From assembly GCA_963753975.1 (NCBI GenBank), contig CAVWEH010000005.1, positions 576,001-640,000 of the forward strand: DNA of 64,000 nt. Direction: 5' to 3'. Origin of the DNA: an uncultured delta proteobacterium (lineage in GTDB: Bacteria; Desulfobacterota; Syntrophia; Syntrophales; Smithellaceae). Shown one piece after another: positions 39,812 through 51,700 of the stretch. Position numbers and translations under genes: made by a program. The notes below the pieces were generated by a model. The model was not told where the DNA came from. It saw only the letters and a program-made list of their open reading frames with translations, and searched no databases. The stretch's first letter is position 1. Each line of letters begins with the position of its first letter.

Positions 39812-39841
39812 AGTCTATATATTGATTAGTGTTTTTGTCAA
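39812..39841 (-). promoter_or_regulatory. Candidate sigma70 promoter for the tat genes
   Basis: TTGACA-18 nt-TAGACT. Confidence 0.4.
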
Positions 39842-40000
39842 TGTTTTTTGCGCTAGATGTCGCGGTCCAGTCATCCTGAAAATAACGACATGAGCCCCGA
39901 GAGATTGATTTCGGCGAAAGGGGAAATATTTTGCTCTTTACGCCTATTTATGATAAACGACCGATAATTTTTTAGGCCATAGTGAGGAAAGAAGGTACAC

Positions 40001-41056
40001 ATGTCCAGGAAAACAGGAATTGTCAAAGATCAGCGTTACTTGCAGCATTCGGCCGGATTTGGCCATCCGGAAAGTCCGGAAAGACTCGCGGCAATCTATG
40101 AAATGCTGGATAATCCCTCGATGGCCTGGAAATTCAAGGAAATTGAACCGCGCGAAGCCACGCACAAAGAAATTGAAACCATCCATACCCCCTCCTATGT
40201 TGAATATGTTGCCGGTACCGCGGGTGAGCGTAGTGTATTTCTCGATCCGGATACAGCAACCAGTCCGGAAACATATACGACAGCAAAGCTGGCTGTTGGT
40301 GGTGTCTGTAATGCCATTAATAGTGTTATCGCTGGCGATGTGGATAATGCCTTTGCTTTCGTGCGGCCGCCGGGCCATCATGCAGAAAAAGACAGAGCAG
40401 CAGGGTTTTGCATCTTCAATAATATTGCCATCGGGGCGATGCATGCCATCTTAAAACACAACATGAAAAGAGTGCTTATCGTGGATTGGGATTTGCACCA
40501 CGGCAACGGCACGCAGCACAGCTTTTACAGTGATCCGCGAATTTTGTATTTTTCCACGCATCAGTATCCATATTACCCGGGAACGGGAAGTTTACAGGAG
40601 ATCGGCCGGGGTAAGGGAGAAGGTTATACGGTTAATGTCCCAATAAGCGGCGGCGCCGGAGATGCCGACTATGTTAAAATATTCCGTAAAGTTTTAGAGC
40701 CGGTTGTGCTCGAATTCAATCCTGAAATCGTTCTTTTATCTGCGGGCTTTGATATTTATTTTCAGGATCCCCTGGGCAGCATGCGCGTAACGCCGGAAGG
40801 GTTTGCCGCTCTAACGCGTATTTTGCTCACGATAGCCGATTCCTGTTGCTGTGGGCGCTTAGTGGCCGTGTTGGAGGGCGGATATCACATCGTAGGTCTG
40901 ACCAAGTCGGTGAAGGCTGTTTTGGAAGAGATGCTGGATGAAACGCACATTTCGCAAGAGAAACTTTCTTCTTTAGAACGGGAAGCCGATGAAGATACCA
41001 ACCAAATCATCAAACAGGTCATATCGAGAATTAATCCATACTGGAAAGTGTTTTAG
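40001..41056 (+). CDS. Zn-dependent histone deacetylase family protein
   Basis: HPESPER, RPPGHHA, GFCIFNN, DWDLHHGNGTQ, SAGFD, LEGGY. Confidence 0.95.
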   Translation: MSRKTGIVKDQRYLQHSAGFGHPESPERLAAIYEMLDNPSMAWKFKEIEPREATHKEIETIHTPSYVEYVAGTAGERSVFLDPDTATSPETYTTAKLAVGGVCNAINSVIAGDVDNAFAFVRPPGHHAEKDRAAGFCIFNNIAIGAMHAILKHNMKRVLIVDWDLHHGNGTQHSFYSDPRILYFSTHQYPYYPGTGSLQEIGRGKGEGYTVNVPISGGAGDADYVKIFRKVLEPVVLEFNPEIVLLSAGFDIYFQDPLGSMRVTPEGFAALTRILLTIADSCCCGRLVAVLEGGYHIVGLTKSVKAVLEEMLDETHISQEKLSSLEREADEDTNQIIKQVISRINPYWKVF

Positions 41057-41068
41057 GGAGGACTCACG

Positions 41069-41357
41069 TTGAAACTAAGCTCGCAGGAAGTGGAATATGT
41101 GGCACATTTAGCCCGCCTGGAAATAACGGAAAAGGAAAAAGATAAAGTTTACCGCACAACTCAACGATATTTTGCTCTACATAGACAAGCTCAATGAATT
41201 GGACACCAAGGGTGTGGAACCGATGAGCCACGCTATCGCCGTGACTAACGCATTTCGCGAAGATAATATAGTGGATTCCATCGGAACGGAAAAGTCGCTG
41301 GCCAATGCGCCGGATGCTCGTGGGGAGTTTTTCCGCGTGCCGAAAGTAATAGATTAA
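41069..41357 (+). CDS. gatC: Asp/Glu-tRNA amidotransferase subunit C (frameshift near 41146)
   Basis: GGAGG RBS, TTG start, EVEYVAHLARLE then QLNDILLYI...FRED...FFRVPKVID. Confidence 0.9.
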
Positions 41358-41441
41358 AAACAATGGGCACCGAAAGTAATCGACTGACGACGCGCCGTCC
41401 TACGATATTCTTTAAGCATTTATTGGTGATTTAAGGCATTT

Positions 41442-42899
41442 ATGGAATTACATGAGTTAACCATTCACGAATTACAGGAAAAAATAAAAGAAGGCAAAAC
41501 ATCGGCAGCGCAGGTTATCCAGTCCGTATTTCAAAGAATCGGCACTGTGGAAAAGCGGGTGCACTCATATATCCGGCTGATGAAAGACGAAGCCATGTCT
41601 GCGGCTGACAAAGCCGACAAAGATATTAAAAAAGGCGACATTAAAGCCTTAACCGGCATTCCTATAGCCCTAAAAGATATTGTCTGCACCAAAGGAATCA
41701 CCACAACCTGCGGCTCGCATATTTTGCATAATTTCGTTCCTCCTTATGATGCCACAGTTGTGGAAAAGCTCCGGGATGCCGGCGCCGTGTTTGTCGGTAA
41801 GGCCAATATGGATGAATTTGCCATGGGTTCTTCCACGGAAACCTCGCATTTCGGTCCAACCAGAAATCCGTGGGATTTGGCAAGAATCCCCGGCGGTTCG
41901 AGCGGCGGATCGGCAGCAGCAGTTGCCGCCGATGAATGCATTGCTTCCATCGGCTCCGATACCGGCGGCTCTATCCGTCAGCCCGCGGCGCTTTGCGGTA
42001 TTGTCGGACTCAAACCGACTTATGGCCGAGTGTCGCGTTTTGGTCTGATTGCTTTTGCTTCGTCGCTCGATCAAATCGGCCCTTTTACTAAAGATGTGGA
42101 AGATTGTGCCATCATGATGAATGTTCTGGCTGGTTACGATCCGAAAGAGTCGACTTCCGTCGCCGCGGAAGTGCCGGATTATCGGCAATATGTGAGGCGA
42201 GATATTAAAGGCTGGAAAATAGGAATTCCCCGGGAATATTTTGTCGAAGGTATTGATCCCGAAGTAAATTCCGCCGTGCAAAAGGCAATTTCCGTGCTGG
42301 AAAAAAGCGGCGCAAAAATTGTGGGAATTTCCTTGCCGCATACCCAATACTGTTTGGCCGTCTATTATATTATCGCCCCGGCGGAAGCGAGCTCCAATCT
42401 GGCGCGCTATGACGGCGTAAAATACGGTTTCCGATCGCCGGACAGCGGAGATTTAATGGATATGTATAAAAAAACGCGAATGCAGGGATTCGGTGCCGAA
42501 GTTAAAAGAAGAATTATGATCGGCACTTATGCTCTATCTGCCGGATATTATGATGCCTACTATAAAAAAGCTTCGCAGGTACGATCATTAATCAAACGGG
42601 ACTTTGAAGAAGCCTTCAAAAATTGTGACGTAATTCTCACCCCCACAACGCCGACACCGGCCTTTAAAATCGGTGAAAAAACCGATAATCCGCTGCAAAT
42701 GTACCTCTCCGATATTTTCACCATTTCCGGAAATCTCGCGGGAATCCCCGGAATTTCCGTTCCCTGCGGCTTTACGCCCAGCGGCTTGCCGATTGGTGTG
42801 CAATTTTTGGCCGGCCATTTTGAAGAAGGAAAATTAATTCAGATAGCCTCCGCCTATGAGGAAAGCGCGAAGATCGAAAAAAGGAGGCCGCAGCTATAA
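41442..42899 (+). CDS. gatA: Asp/Glu-tRNA amidotransferase subunit A
   Basis: Amidase signature [27 protein letters not shown]. Confidence 0.97.
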   Translation: MELHELTIHELQEKIKEGKTSAAQVIQSVFQRIGTVEKRVHSYIRLMKDEAMSAADKADKDIKKGDIKALTGIPIALKDIVCTKGITTTCGSHILHNFVPPYDATVVEKLRDAGAVFVGKANMDEFAMGSSTETSHFGPTRNPWDLARIPGGSSGGSAAAVAADECIASIGSDTGGSIRQPAALCGIVGLKPTYGRVSRFGLIAFASSLDQIGPFTKDVEDCAIMMNVLAGYDPKESTSVAAEVPDYRQYVRRDIKGWKIGIPREYFVEGIDPEVNSAVQKAISVLEKSGAKIVGISLPHTQYCLAVYYIIAPAEASSNLARYDGVKYGFRSPDSGDLMDMYKKTRMQGFGAEVKRRIMIGTYALSAGYYDAYYKKASQVRSLIKRDFEEAFKNCDVILTPTTPTPAFKIGEKTDNPLQMYLSDIFTISGNLAGIPGISVPCGFTPSGLPIGVQFLAGHFEEGKLIQIASAYEESAKIEKRRPQL

Positions 42900-44329
42900 T
42901 GGATTTTGAAGCGGTCATCGGCCTGGAAATACACGCCCAGCTTATAACGGATACAAAAATATTTTGCGGCTGCTCCGCGAAATTCGGCGCGGCTCCGAAT
43001 AGTCATACCTGCCAGATTTGCCTGGGAATGCCGGGGGTTTTGCCGGTGTTAAATAAAAAGGTTGTCGAATTTGCCATGAAGATGGCCGTGGCGACCAATT
43101 GTGAAATCAATAAATCCTGCAGTTTCGCCCGCAAGAATTATTTTTATCCTGATCTTCCCAAAGGTTATCAGATATCGCAATATGCATATCCGCTCGCGGA
43201 GCATGGTTACGTGATCTTGGATGTGGAAGGAAAGCAAAAGAAAATCGGCATTACCAGAATTCACATGGAAGAAGATGCCGGGAAACTCCTGCACGATGAG
43301 CATAATCCCGTCAGTTACGTCGATTTTAACCGCACCGGCGTTCCCTTAATCGAGATTGTCAGCGAACCCGATATGCGTTCGTCCGAAGAAGCGGCCGACT
43401 ATCTCAAGCGCCTGCATGAAATCCTTGTTTATCTGGAAATTTGCGACGGCAACATGGAAGAAGGATCTTTTAGGTGCGATGCCAATGTATCCGTGAGAGA
43501 AAAAGGACAAAAAGAATTTGGCACCAGAACGGAACTGAAAAACATGAATTCTTTCCGTAATGTGCAGCGTGCGCTGGAGTATGAGATCAAGCGGCAGCAA
43601 TATATTGTGGAAAACGGCGGCGCCGTAGTGCAGGAGACGAGGCTTTGGGACGATGCGCAGGGATCGACCACTTCGATGCGCAGCAAAGAAGAAGCGCATG
43701 ATTACCGTTATTTTCCCGATCCCGACTTGGTTCCGGTTTTAGTGGACAAGGCGTGGGTGGAAAAAATCAGAAAGCAGATTCCGGAATTGCCGCAAGCGAA
43801 AAGGGAGAGATTTGTCAACGATTATCAGATTCCCGCCTACGATGCGGGTGTGTTGACGGCCGATAAAGCCCTGGCTGATTATTATGAAGAAGTCGTGAGG
43901 CTTTGCGCTAAGCCTAAAGCCGCGAGCAATTGGGTGATGGGTGATGTTCTGCGATTCTTAAATGAGGAAAAACGCGAAATCAAAAGTTGCCCCATAACAG
44001 CGGCGGCGCTGGCCGAAATGATCAGCCTGATTGAAGAAGGAACAATCAGCGGGAAAATGGCTAAAGACATAGTCGAGGAAATGTATAAAACCGGCAAACA
44101 GCCGAAAAAGATCATCGAAGAAAAGGGCCTGGTGCAAATTACCGATGAGGGAGAGCTCATCAAAACCATTTCCTCTATAATGGAAGCCAATCCCCAGCAG
44201 CTCAAGGATTATCGCGGCGGTAAGGAAAAGCTCTTCGGCTTTTTTGTTGGTCAGGTGATGAAGGCTACACAGGGGAAAGCCAATCCGCAGTTGGTGAATG
44301 ATCTTCTCAAAAAAATACTTGCCGGATGA
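42899..44329 (+). CDS. gatB: Asp/Glu-tRNA amidotransferase subunit B
   Basis: [32 protein letters not shown]. Confidence 0.97.
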   Translation: MDFEAVIGLEIHAQLITDTKIFCGCSAKFGAAPNSHTCQICLGMPGVLPVLNKKVVEFAMKMAVATNCEINKSCSFARKNYFYPDLPKGYQISQYAYPLAEHGYVILDVEGKQKKIGITRIHMEEDAGKLLHDEHNPVSYVDFNRTGVPLIEIVSEPDMRSSEEAADYLKRLHEILVYLEICDGNMEEGSFRCDANVSVREKGQKEFGTRTELKNMNSFRNVQRALEYEIKRQQYIVENGGAVVQETRLWDDAQGSTTSMRSKEEAHDYRYFPDPDLVPVLVDKAWVEKIRKQIPELPQAKRERFVNDYQIPAYDAGVLTADKALADYYEEVVRLCAKPKAASNWVMGDVLRFLNEEKREIKSCPITAAALAEMISLIEEGTISGKMAKDIVEEMYKTGKQPKKIIEEKGLVQITDEGELIKTISSIMEANPQQLKDYRGGKEKLFGFFVGQVMKATQGKANPQLVNDLLKKILAG

Positions 44330-44330
44330 T

Positions 44331-44440
44331 CACGGGTATTAATCCCAAAGCAAGTTGCGGATTATAGCACCCTTCGCTGTGCGGGATTGTTCAACTTGCC
44401 AATTCCGCTGTGCTTCGCTTCGGAATTGGAGTTTCACAAT
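44331..44440 (+). repeat. Modular structured intergenic repeat, copy 3 (single unit)
   Basis: CACGGGTATTAATCCCAAAGCAAGTT ... CCAATTCCG-CTGTGCTTCGCTT-CGGAATTGG-AGTTTCACAAT; same two ends as copy 1. Confidence 0.85.
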
Positions 44441-45488
44441 GATTAAAACAATCGCCTGGAAAAACAAATCCGTTATTTTGATCGATCAGAAAGCCCTGCC
44501 TGTAACTGAACGCTACGTAACATGCCGAAGTTATCGGGAAGTTATTTCCGCGATTAAAGATTTAACCGTGCGCGGCGCTCCGGCTATCGGAGTGGCTGCG
44601 GCAATGGGCGCGGCTCTGGGAGCTTTGCGCCTTGGGCCGTTGCCGCCGGAAAAATTTCGACAAAAATTTATCGCTATTTGCGATGAAATCGCGCGGGCGA
44701 GGCCGACAGCGCGGAATCTTTTTTGGGCTTTGGAGCGCATGAAAAAGCACCTGGACCAAGAGATTCGAACCGGCAAGACTGATTTGGCAAGGGAACTTGT
44801 TCGCGCAGCGCAGCGCATTTATGCTGAAGATGTAGAGGCGAACCGTCAAATAGGGAGGCGGGGCAGAAAACTTCTGACTGCTGGAGACAGCATCTTGACT
44901 CATTGCAATGCCGGCGCTTTGGCGACAGCCGGTTACGGAACAGCGCTGGGTGTGATCCGCGCAGCCCATGAACAGGGTAAGAAACTGCATGTTTATGTGG
45001 ATGAGACCAGACCGGTCTTGCAGGGAGCGCGGCTTACCGCTTGGGAATTGAAAAAAGAAAAAATACCCTTCACTTTGATTACGGATAATATGGCCGGATT
45101 TCTTATGCGGCAGGGTAAAATTAATAAGGTCCTTGTAGGTGCGGACAGAATTGCCGCCAATGGCGATATAGCCAATAAAATCGGTACCTATTCGCTGGCC
45201 GTTTTGTCTCAGGTGCACGGCATTCCCTTTTACGTTGCCGCTCCCCTTTCGACAATCGACGTCTCTTTAAAAACCGGAGCCGCCATACCTATTGAAGAAA
45301 GAAGAAGCGAAGAAGTAACTTGTTTGTTCGGAGTGAGAAGCGCACCAAAAGGAATAAAAGTTTATAATCCGGCATTCGATATTACACCAGCTGAGTATAT
45401 TACGGCGATTATCACGGAAAAAGGTATCGTCACAAAACCATATCGCGTCTCCATTGCTCGCATTTATAAAGGGAAAAAACATTTATGA
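44439..45488 (+). CDS. mtnA: S-methyl-5-thioribose-1-phosphate isomerase
   Basis: VRGAPAIG, THCNAGALAT, ETRP.LQGARLT, GADRI, NKIGTY, NPAFDITP. Confidence 0.95.
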   Translation: MIKTIAWKNKSVILIDQKALPVTERYVTCRSYREVISAIKDLTVRGAPAIGVAAAMGAALGALRLGPLPPEKFRQKFIAICDEIARARPTARNLFWALERMKKHLDQEIRTGKTDLARELVRAAQRIYAEDVEANRQIGRRGRKLLTAGDSILTHCNAGALATAGYGTALGVIRAAHEQGKKLHVYVDETRPVLQGARLTAWELKKEKIPFTLITDNMAGFLMRQGKINKVLVGADRIAANGDIANKIGTYSLAVLSQVHGIPFYVAAPLSTIDVSLKTGAAIPIEERRSEEVTCLFGVRSAPKGIKVYNPAFDITPAEYITAIITEKGIVTKPYRVSIARIYKGKKHL

Positions 45489-46105
45489 AATTATTTCTTT
45501 TTGATTTTGACGGTGTCCTCGTTGATTCATTGGATGTCTATGAAAAAACAGTGACTGATTGCCTGATAAAAATAAACCATCCGCTAACGCGCGGCCGAGA
45601 AGAGTTTTTGGAGCTGTTTGAAGGTAATTTTTATGAATCGCTCGTGAAAAAAGGCGTGGACTTAGATGCTTTCATGAAAGCTTCCGTCGATATTATCGCG
45701 CAAGTTAACATCAGGGACATAAAACCAGTTGCGGCTGTCGTGCCGGTGGTCGAAGAGTTGTACAAAAAAAATTGCCTCGTTGTTATTTCATCCAATGACT
45801 CTTCTTCAATCAAAAAAGCTTTAGAGTTGTTTCACTATAATGGATACTTTCGGGAAATTCTCGGCTCCGACTTCATGTTTTCTAAAAAAGAAAAGATTCT
45901 TTACGTCATAAAAAAGTATCGGGTAGCACCGCAAAGTATTTATTACATCGGCGATACGACCGGAGATATCAAGGAAGGAAGGGAAGCCGGGGTAAAAACT
46001 GTCGGGGTGACGTGGGGCTGGCACAGCAAAGAAAAAATGGCCGCGGCCAAACCGGATTACCTTTGCGAGAATCCTCAAGAGTTGCTGCAGTTAAACGAGA
46101 ATTAA
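45485..46105 (+). CDS. HAD-family phosphatase (Gph-like)
   Basis: FDFDGVLVDS, SSN, YIGDTTGD, GVTWG. Confidence 0.85.
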   Translation: MKLFLFDFDGVLVDSLDVYEKTVTDCLIKINHPLTRGREEFLELFEGNFYESLVKKGVDLDAFMKASVDIIAQVNIRDIKPVAAVVPVVEELYKKNCLVVISSNDSSSIKKALELFHYNGYFREILGSDFMFSKKEKILYVIKKYRVAPQSIYYIGDTTGDIKEGREAGVKTVGVTWGWHSKEKMAAAKPDYLCENPQELLQLNEN

Positions 46106-46155
46106 ATTCTGGTTCTTTGTTTCCCTCAAAATGGTAACCTGATAACTGATCTTGA

Positions 46156-47064
46156 TTAGACTTGGGTGCAGAAATCCTTCAGGTGTGTTTCCACCAGGCG
46201 TTGTTTATCAAAATCTTTGAGCTTCAGGTATTTAGGAGTGGTTCCCGCAAAAGCGCATTTCGGTACAAGGCCGATTAATTCGGACTCCAATATCTCTGCG
46301 CTGCGTTCGGCTGCTAATTTCTCAACCTCATCATAAATAGCTTTCAGCGGTGTCTCTTTGCAATTGATCAGGTTTATCGATACCTGTGCGATATCGCGGC
46401 TTTTCAAGATTACGCCAATTGCCCGCACATGCTTCAAACCGCCGCCCTTTTCCCTGATTTGCGAGGCAATTTTTTGCGCCAACCGCAAATCAGCGCACGT
46501 AAGATTGATGTTGTAGGCGACCAACAGTTCCCTCGCCCCTACAGCAGTTGCGCCCGCCCGCGCGTTAAATGCAGGCTTACCTACATCGGGAGCGTCATCA
46601 GGGTTAGTCATTTTACTTTGCAGTGCTTCATAACCGCCGCGGCGAACGTCGGCCAGTTCGCATCGCCCGGGCACCATCGCCGCCTGCCCGTAAAAATACA
46701 CTGGGACACCGCAGCGTTCATATAACTGTTTGCCGAAAGTATGTGCTAAATCAGCGGCGTCCTTCATCTTTGTTTTCCCCAATGGAATAAAAGGTACGAC
46801 ATCGACCGCGCCTAACCGCGGATGTACTCCAGCCTGTTTGCGCATATCGATCAACTCCAGAGCCTTGCCGCAAGCGGCAAGAGCGGCTTCCAGTATATCT
46901 TCGGGCTTTCCCAAAAAAGTGAAGACGCTCCGGTTATGATCGGCATCGCCGCTGAAATCAATCAGCCGCACGCAGGGGAACGATTCGAAAACCTTCGCAA
47001 TCGCTGCAATCTTTTTTTGACTGCATCCTTCGCTGAAATTTGGCACACATTCGATGATTTTCAA
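46156..47064 (-). CDS. ftcD: Glutamate formimidoyltransferase
   Basis: ECVPNFSEG, DHNRSV, HPRLGAVDVVPF, ESELIGL. Confidence 0.9.
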   Translation of the reverse strand: MKIIECVPNFSEGCSQKKIAAIAKVFESFPCVRLIDFSGDADHNRSVFTFLGKPEDILEAALAACGKALELIDMRKQAGVHPRLGAVDVVPFIPLGKTKMKDAADLAHTFGKQLYERCGVPVYFYGQAAMVPGRCELADVRRGGYEALQSKMTNPDDAPDVGKPAFNARAGATAVGARELLVAYNINLTCADLRLAQKIASQIREKGGGLKHVRAIGVILKSRDIAQVSINLINCKETPLKAIYDEVEKLAAERSAEILESELIGLVPKCAFAGTTPKYLKLKDFDKQRLVETHLKDFCTQV

Positions 47065-47067
47065 TTT

Positions 47068-47712
47068 TTATACCTGATAAATTTTAACTTTTGGCAATTC
47101 CAGGCAAGTAAGTTTCCCGCCATAAACAGCGCCCGTATCGATGCCTATCTTGTTCGCCATGATTAGAGGATTGCTCATGGGAGTGTGACCGAAAATGACC
47201 CGCCTGCCGAAATCATACTCCGAATCGATAAACTTATACCGCACCCAGAGTAAATCATCTATTGTCTGTTTGTCCAGCGAAATTCCGGGTATTAAGCCGG
47301 CGTGAACAAATATATAGTCTTTCGTCTGGTGATAGGGTAAAAGCGACTGATAAAAAAGCAAATGTTCTGCGGGAATTTTCTTCTTTCTTGCGGCTGGTGA
47401 ATCCGAGCTTCTAATGTCATAATCAGACAAGGTATATTTGCCGCCATTGTATAAGTACGTTTCCTCGTCTTCACCTTCCAGATAATTTAAAAGCATTTGC
47501 TCATGATTGCCTAAAAGACAAACAACTCTTCTAAATTGTTTCTGCAATTGCAGCACATAATCGACAACATCTTTGTTAAAACTTCCCCGGTCAATATAAT
47601 CTCCAATGAAGATAAGCGTATCTTTCTCTCGGTTGGCTGCGATAAGCCCGATCAGTTCCCGGAGCTTTTGAGCACAGCCGTGAATGTCAGCTATGGCAAA
47701 TATTTTATTCAT
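47068..47712 (-). CDS. PPP-family Ser/Thr phosphatase-like metallophosphoesterase
   Basis: DIHG, GDYIDRG, GNHE, FVHAG, FGHTP, IDTG. Confidence 0.9.
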   Translation of the reverse strand: MNKIFAIADIHGCAQKLRELIGLIAANREKDTLIFIGDYIDRGSFNKDVVDYVLQLQKQFRRVVCLLGNHEQMLLNYLEGEDEETYLYNGGKYTLSDYDIRSSDSPAARKKKIPAEHLLFYQSLLPYHQTKDYIFVHAGLIPGISLDKQTIDDLLWVRYKFIDSEYDFGRRVIFGHTPMSNPLIMANKIGIDTGAVYGGKLTCLELPKVKIYQV

Positions 47713-47738
47713 GAGACCTAGCCGAAATATTATAGAAG

Positions 47739-48665
47739 TTAATCGAAAAGAGCCGCGACGAAATCGTTACTGTCAAAAACGCGCAAAGCGTCCAGGCTTT
47801 CACCTACTCCGATATAGCGAACAGGCAAGGAAAGCTCACTCGCTATTCTAACTATTATACCTCCTTTAGCCGTTCCATCTAATTTGGTCAAGACAATGCC
47901 GGTTATGCCGATTTCCTCCTTAAACATTTTTGCCTGAATCACGGCATTTTGACCGGTCGTCGCGTCCAGAACCAGTAATATCTCGTGCGGCGCATCCGCC
48001 ATCCTTCTGCCGGCGACTTTTTTTATCTTTTTGAGCTCTTCCATCAAATTTACTCTGGTGTGCAGACGTCCGGCCGTATCAATAATAATAACTCCGGCAA
48101 ATCCACTTTTAACTTTGCCCAGAGCGTCAAAAACAACCGCGGCGGGATCGGCATTCATTTTTTGTTTGATCACGGACGCACCCGCGCGCTTACCCCAAAT
48201 CTCCAATTGTTCTATCGCCGCCGCCCGAAACGTATCGGCGGCGACAAGCATTACTTCATGGCCATCTTTGCGCAGCAAATTAGCCAATTTCCCGATAGCG
48301 GTGGTTTTACCGCTGCCGTTTACGCCGACAACCATAATGACATAGGGCTCTCCTTTGGGGATAGCTAAAGGTTTCTCCATCTCCTGCAAAATAACGGCTA
48401 TTCGTTCCCGCAAAATGGTTTTTATTTGCTTCGCATCGCCGAGTTCCTGACGGTTAATTTTTTCTTTTACCTCGTCAATTAATTCGTGAGCAAATTGCGG
48501 ACCCATATCCGCCGTAATCAATAATTCTTCCAACTCTTCAAAAAGCGCCTCGTCCAGATGTTTTTTGCCGAAAAGGAGATAATCCAGATTTTTCGCCAGA
48601 GCGGCACGCGTTTTTGTAAGCCCTGTATTTAATTTTTCCCCAAAGCCGTTCTTTTCCATCGACAT
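47739..48665 (-). CDS. ftsY: SRP receptor GTPase
   Basis: GVNGSGKTT, DTFRAAA, DTAGR, TKLDGTAKGG. Confidence 0.97.
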   Translation of the reverse strand: MSMEKNGFGEKLNTGLTKTRAALAKNLDYLLFGKKHLDEALFEELEELLITADMGPQFAHELIDEVKEKINRQELGDAKQIKTILRERIAVILQEMEKPLAIPKGEPYVIMVVGVNGSGKTTAIGKLANLLRKDGHEVMLVAADTFRAAAIEQLEIWGKRAGASVIKQKMNADPAAVVFDALGKVKSGFAGVIIIDTAGRLHTRVNLMEELKKIKKVAGRRMADAPHEILLVLDATTGQNAVIQAKMFKEEIGITGIVLTKLDGTAKGGIIVRIASELSLPVRYIGVGESLDALRVFDSNDFVAALFD

Positions 48666-48758
48666 AACTTTCGTCGCTTTATTAATTAATAACGGTTTTT
48701 TGTTTGTAAGTAAAGGAATGATGCGTGAGAAAAAAACACCAGGATACCAGGTAAGGTA

Positions 48759-51700
48759 TTAGTTTAAATTTACGGATACCAGTGAAGAAATACCGTGTTT
48801 CTGCATAGTCACGCCGAAAAGCGTATCGGCAACTTCCATGGTGGTCTTGTTGTGCGTAATCATAACGATCTGGGATTTTTGCGCGACATCTTTGATTAGG
48901 TTATTAAAGAGATTGGTGTTGGCGTCATCCAGAGCGGCATCAACTTCGTCCAAAACCAAAAACGGAGAGGGGCGGTGCATTAAGATGGCAAAAATAAGGG
49001 CGACAGCCGCCAGCGATTTTTCGCCGCCGGAAAGCAAACCGACGCTTTGCGCCTTTTTGCCGGGAATTTGAATATCGATATCTACGCCTGTTTCCAACAA
49101 ATCGTTTTCGTCGGTCAAGAGAAGTTCTCCGCGGCCACCCGGGAATATATGCGCGAATACTTCTTTGAAACAGGTATTAATGGCGGCGAAGGTATCGGCA
49201 AATCTGGTACGGGAAATTCTATTGATTCGGGTAATCGTTCTTTGCAAAGTATTGAGGGAGGAGTTCAAATCCGAAATTTGTGTCGATAAGAATTGATACC
49301 GCTTATCCAGTTCTTCATATTCATTGAGGGCGAGCAAATTGACTTCGCCGAAACCATCTATTGCTTGCTTATCCTTTTCCAGGACACTGTTCAACTCTTC
49401 TATCTTTTCTCCATCAACCTTCGTAAAGGAGGAAAACATACTTTCCCAATCAACATTGTATTTTTCTCTAATTGCTCTGGTCACGTTATCGGCATTTAAC
49501 GCCGCTTCCCGGCACTGGATTTCCATATCGTTTATTTTCTGGCGCAGATCATCAAGCTTCTTTTTAGTTTCCCTTATTTCATTTTCTTTCGCTTTCAGTT
49601 GCTCATCTTCATTGCTCTGTCCCGCCTTCTTTTTGGAAAGGACTGCTTCCTGCGCCTCAAACCCCCTGTAAAGTTCCTGGAGATTCGCTTGTTCCGTTTC
49701 TATTGTTTTGGCTAATTCGTCCAACTGCATGTCGCAGGAAACTATTTCTTCCTTTTTGGCCAGGATTTCATTTTCGATAGATTTAATATCATTTTGCAGC
49801 CTGAAAATTGTGCGCAAATCGGCTTCTTTTTTTTCATCTAAAGAAGCTAATTCGATTTTTTTGCCGGTTAAATAACGTTCCTGTTCGTCAATGGCCGTGC
49901 GGGATTGCTCTTTCTTCGCGTTGAAAGAAGAAATTATTTCATTTATCTCTTTTTCTTCTGCATCTTTGCGTGAAACATCGGAGTTAATTTGCTGCATTTT
50001 TTCCCGGGCTTCGGTTTCTTCCGCTTTAATATTTTGCCGATTGAACTCCAACGCAGCGAGTCTTTGCTTCGTTGTCTTCACTTCATCATCAAAGCGTTCC
50101 TGGTCTTTTTTTCTGCTGTTAATATCGATTTCCAGCGAGTGAATGCCGGCTTTTATTTGACCGATTTCCTCTTCCCACTGGGCAAGTACTAACGCAAGCT
50201 TGTTTTTTCGGCTCGTTTCCGTATCCAAATTGGAATTGAGCGCCGCTAATTCAGTTTCCAGCTCGGCAATTTCTCTTTTTGTGGATAAAAGACTTTTTTC
50301 CACCGCTGCTCCGCTGCCGCCGCTTAATACTCCCTGCGGGCTGATAAGATCGCCCTCCCGCGTGACAAACGTTCCGCGGAAACCGTTTTTCTTCCAAAGC
50401 GATAAGCCGTTTTCAATTGTGGGTATCAGTAGAACATCGCCCAAAAGGCAATCGGCAATTTTTTTAAAGTCCTCTTTAACTTTAATTTTTTGCAGTAAGG
50501 GCTCCGCTTCCCGGGGATGTTTGGCGCTTGTTAATTCCTCGTTATGGTTTCTTGCTTCCACCGGCACAAAACTGCCCCTGCCCAATTGGTAGTTTTTCAA
50601 ATAGTCAATTGCCCATACACCATCTTCCTGGCTTTTTACTATGACATATTGCAGTTTTTCCCCCAGCACTGCTTCCACAGCCGCTTCGTATTCCCGGGGA
50701 ACATTGATGTGGTCGGCCACGACGCCGTAAAACTTATCGCGGCTATCCTTACTTTCGATGACGACCTTAATTCCTTCATTGCCCCACTTATAGGATTCCT
50801 GAAATTCTTTTAGAGAATTTAAACGAGAGGATTGAGCGCCGGTTTTCTCCTTGATTTGGGCGATCTTTTCCTCGCTTAACTGCAAATCCGCTTTAGACTT
50901 TTCGATTTCGCCCGATATTGTCTCTCTTTTTTCTTCCAGTTGATGGATTTCTTCGCCGCCGCTGATCAGGCCTTCGTTTACCGATTGCAGCTTGCCGGTT
51001 AAATCGCCCAGTTTGTTCTTGCCCTCATTGATTTCCCGGCTTTCTCTTTCTTCGCGCTTTTTTAAATCCTCGATATTTTTACCCAGAGAGGAAACCATAT
51101 TTTTGAGTTTAGCTTTTTCGGTAACAACATCGATGTATAAGATTTTCTTTTCTTCCAGTTGATTATTTATTTCTTTATCCGTATTAATCAGTTCCTGAAC
51201 TTTTTGCCGGCCTTCGTCATGTTCTTTTTTAAGGGTGGCAATCAAGCTTTCCGCTTTCGTTACACTTTCCTGCATATTTTTAATTTCGGCATCTAACCCC
51301 GATGCTTTTGTGCGCAGTTGTTCGATTTCCGCCAGATCTTTTTTCTTGCGTTCGGAGATGTCGCTCATTTGATGGCGGGCGAATTCGATATTTTTTTCTT
51401 TGATGCTGATAGTGTTTTTTATTTCATAGAGCTCTTGCTGATTTTTGGCGATGGATTCTTCGTTTTCCAACAGCTTCGTTTTGAGTTCTTCCAAAGCCGA
51501 TTCTTTGGCTTCGAGATTGGCGCGAATGCCCGATTCCTGATCTTGCATTTCATTGCGTCGGGCTTGCAATAAAGAGCCTTTTTCGAAAAGCTCGGTATAT
51601 CCTTGCAGGGCAATCGTTAATTCCGTTTCTTTAATGCGCTCTTTTATAACCTTGTATTGTTCCGCTCTTTTAGCCTGGCGGGAGATGGCGTTGAGTTGCG

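Noticed and set aside
39860..39930. Possible riboswitch between tatB and the deacetylase
   Set aside because: Only a weak hairpin; no recognisable aptamer consensus.
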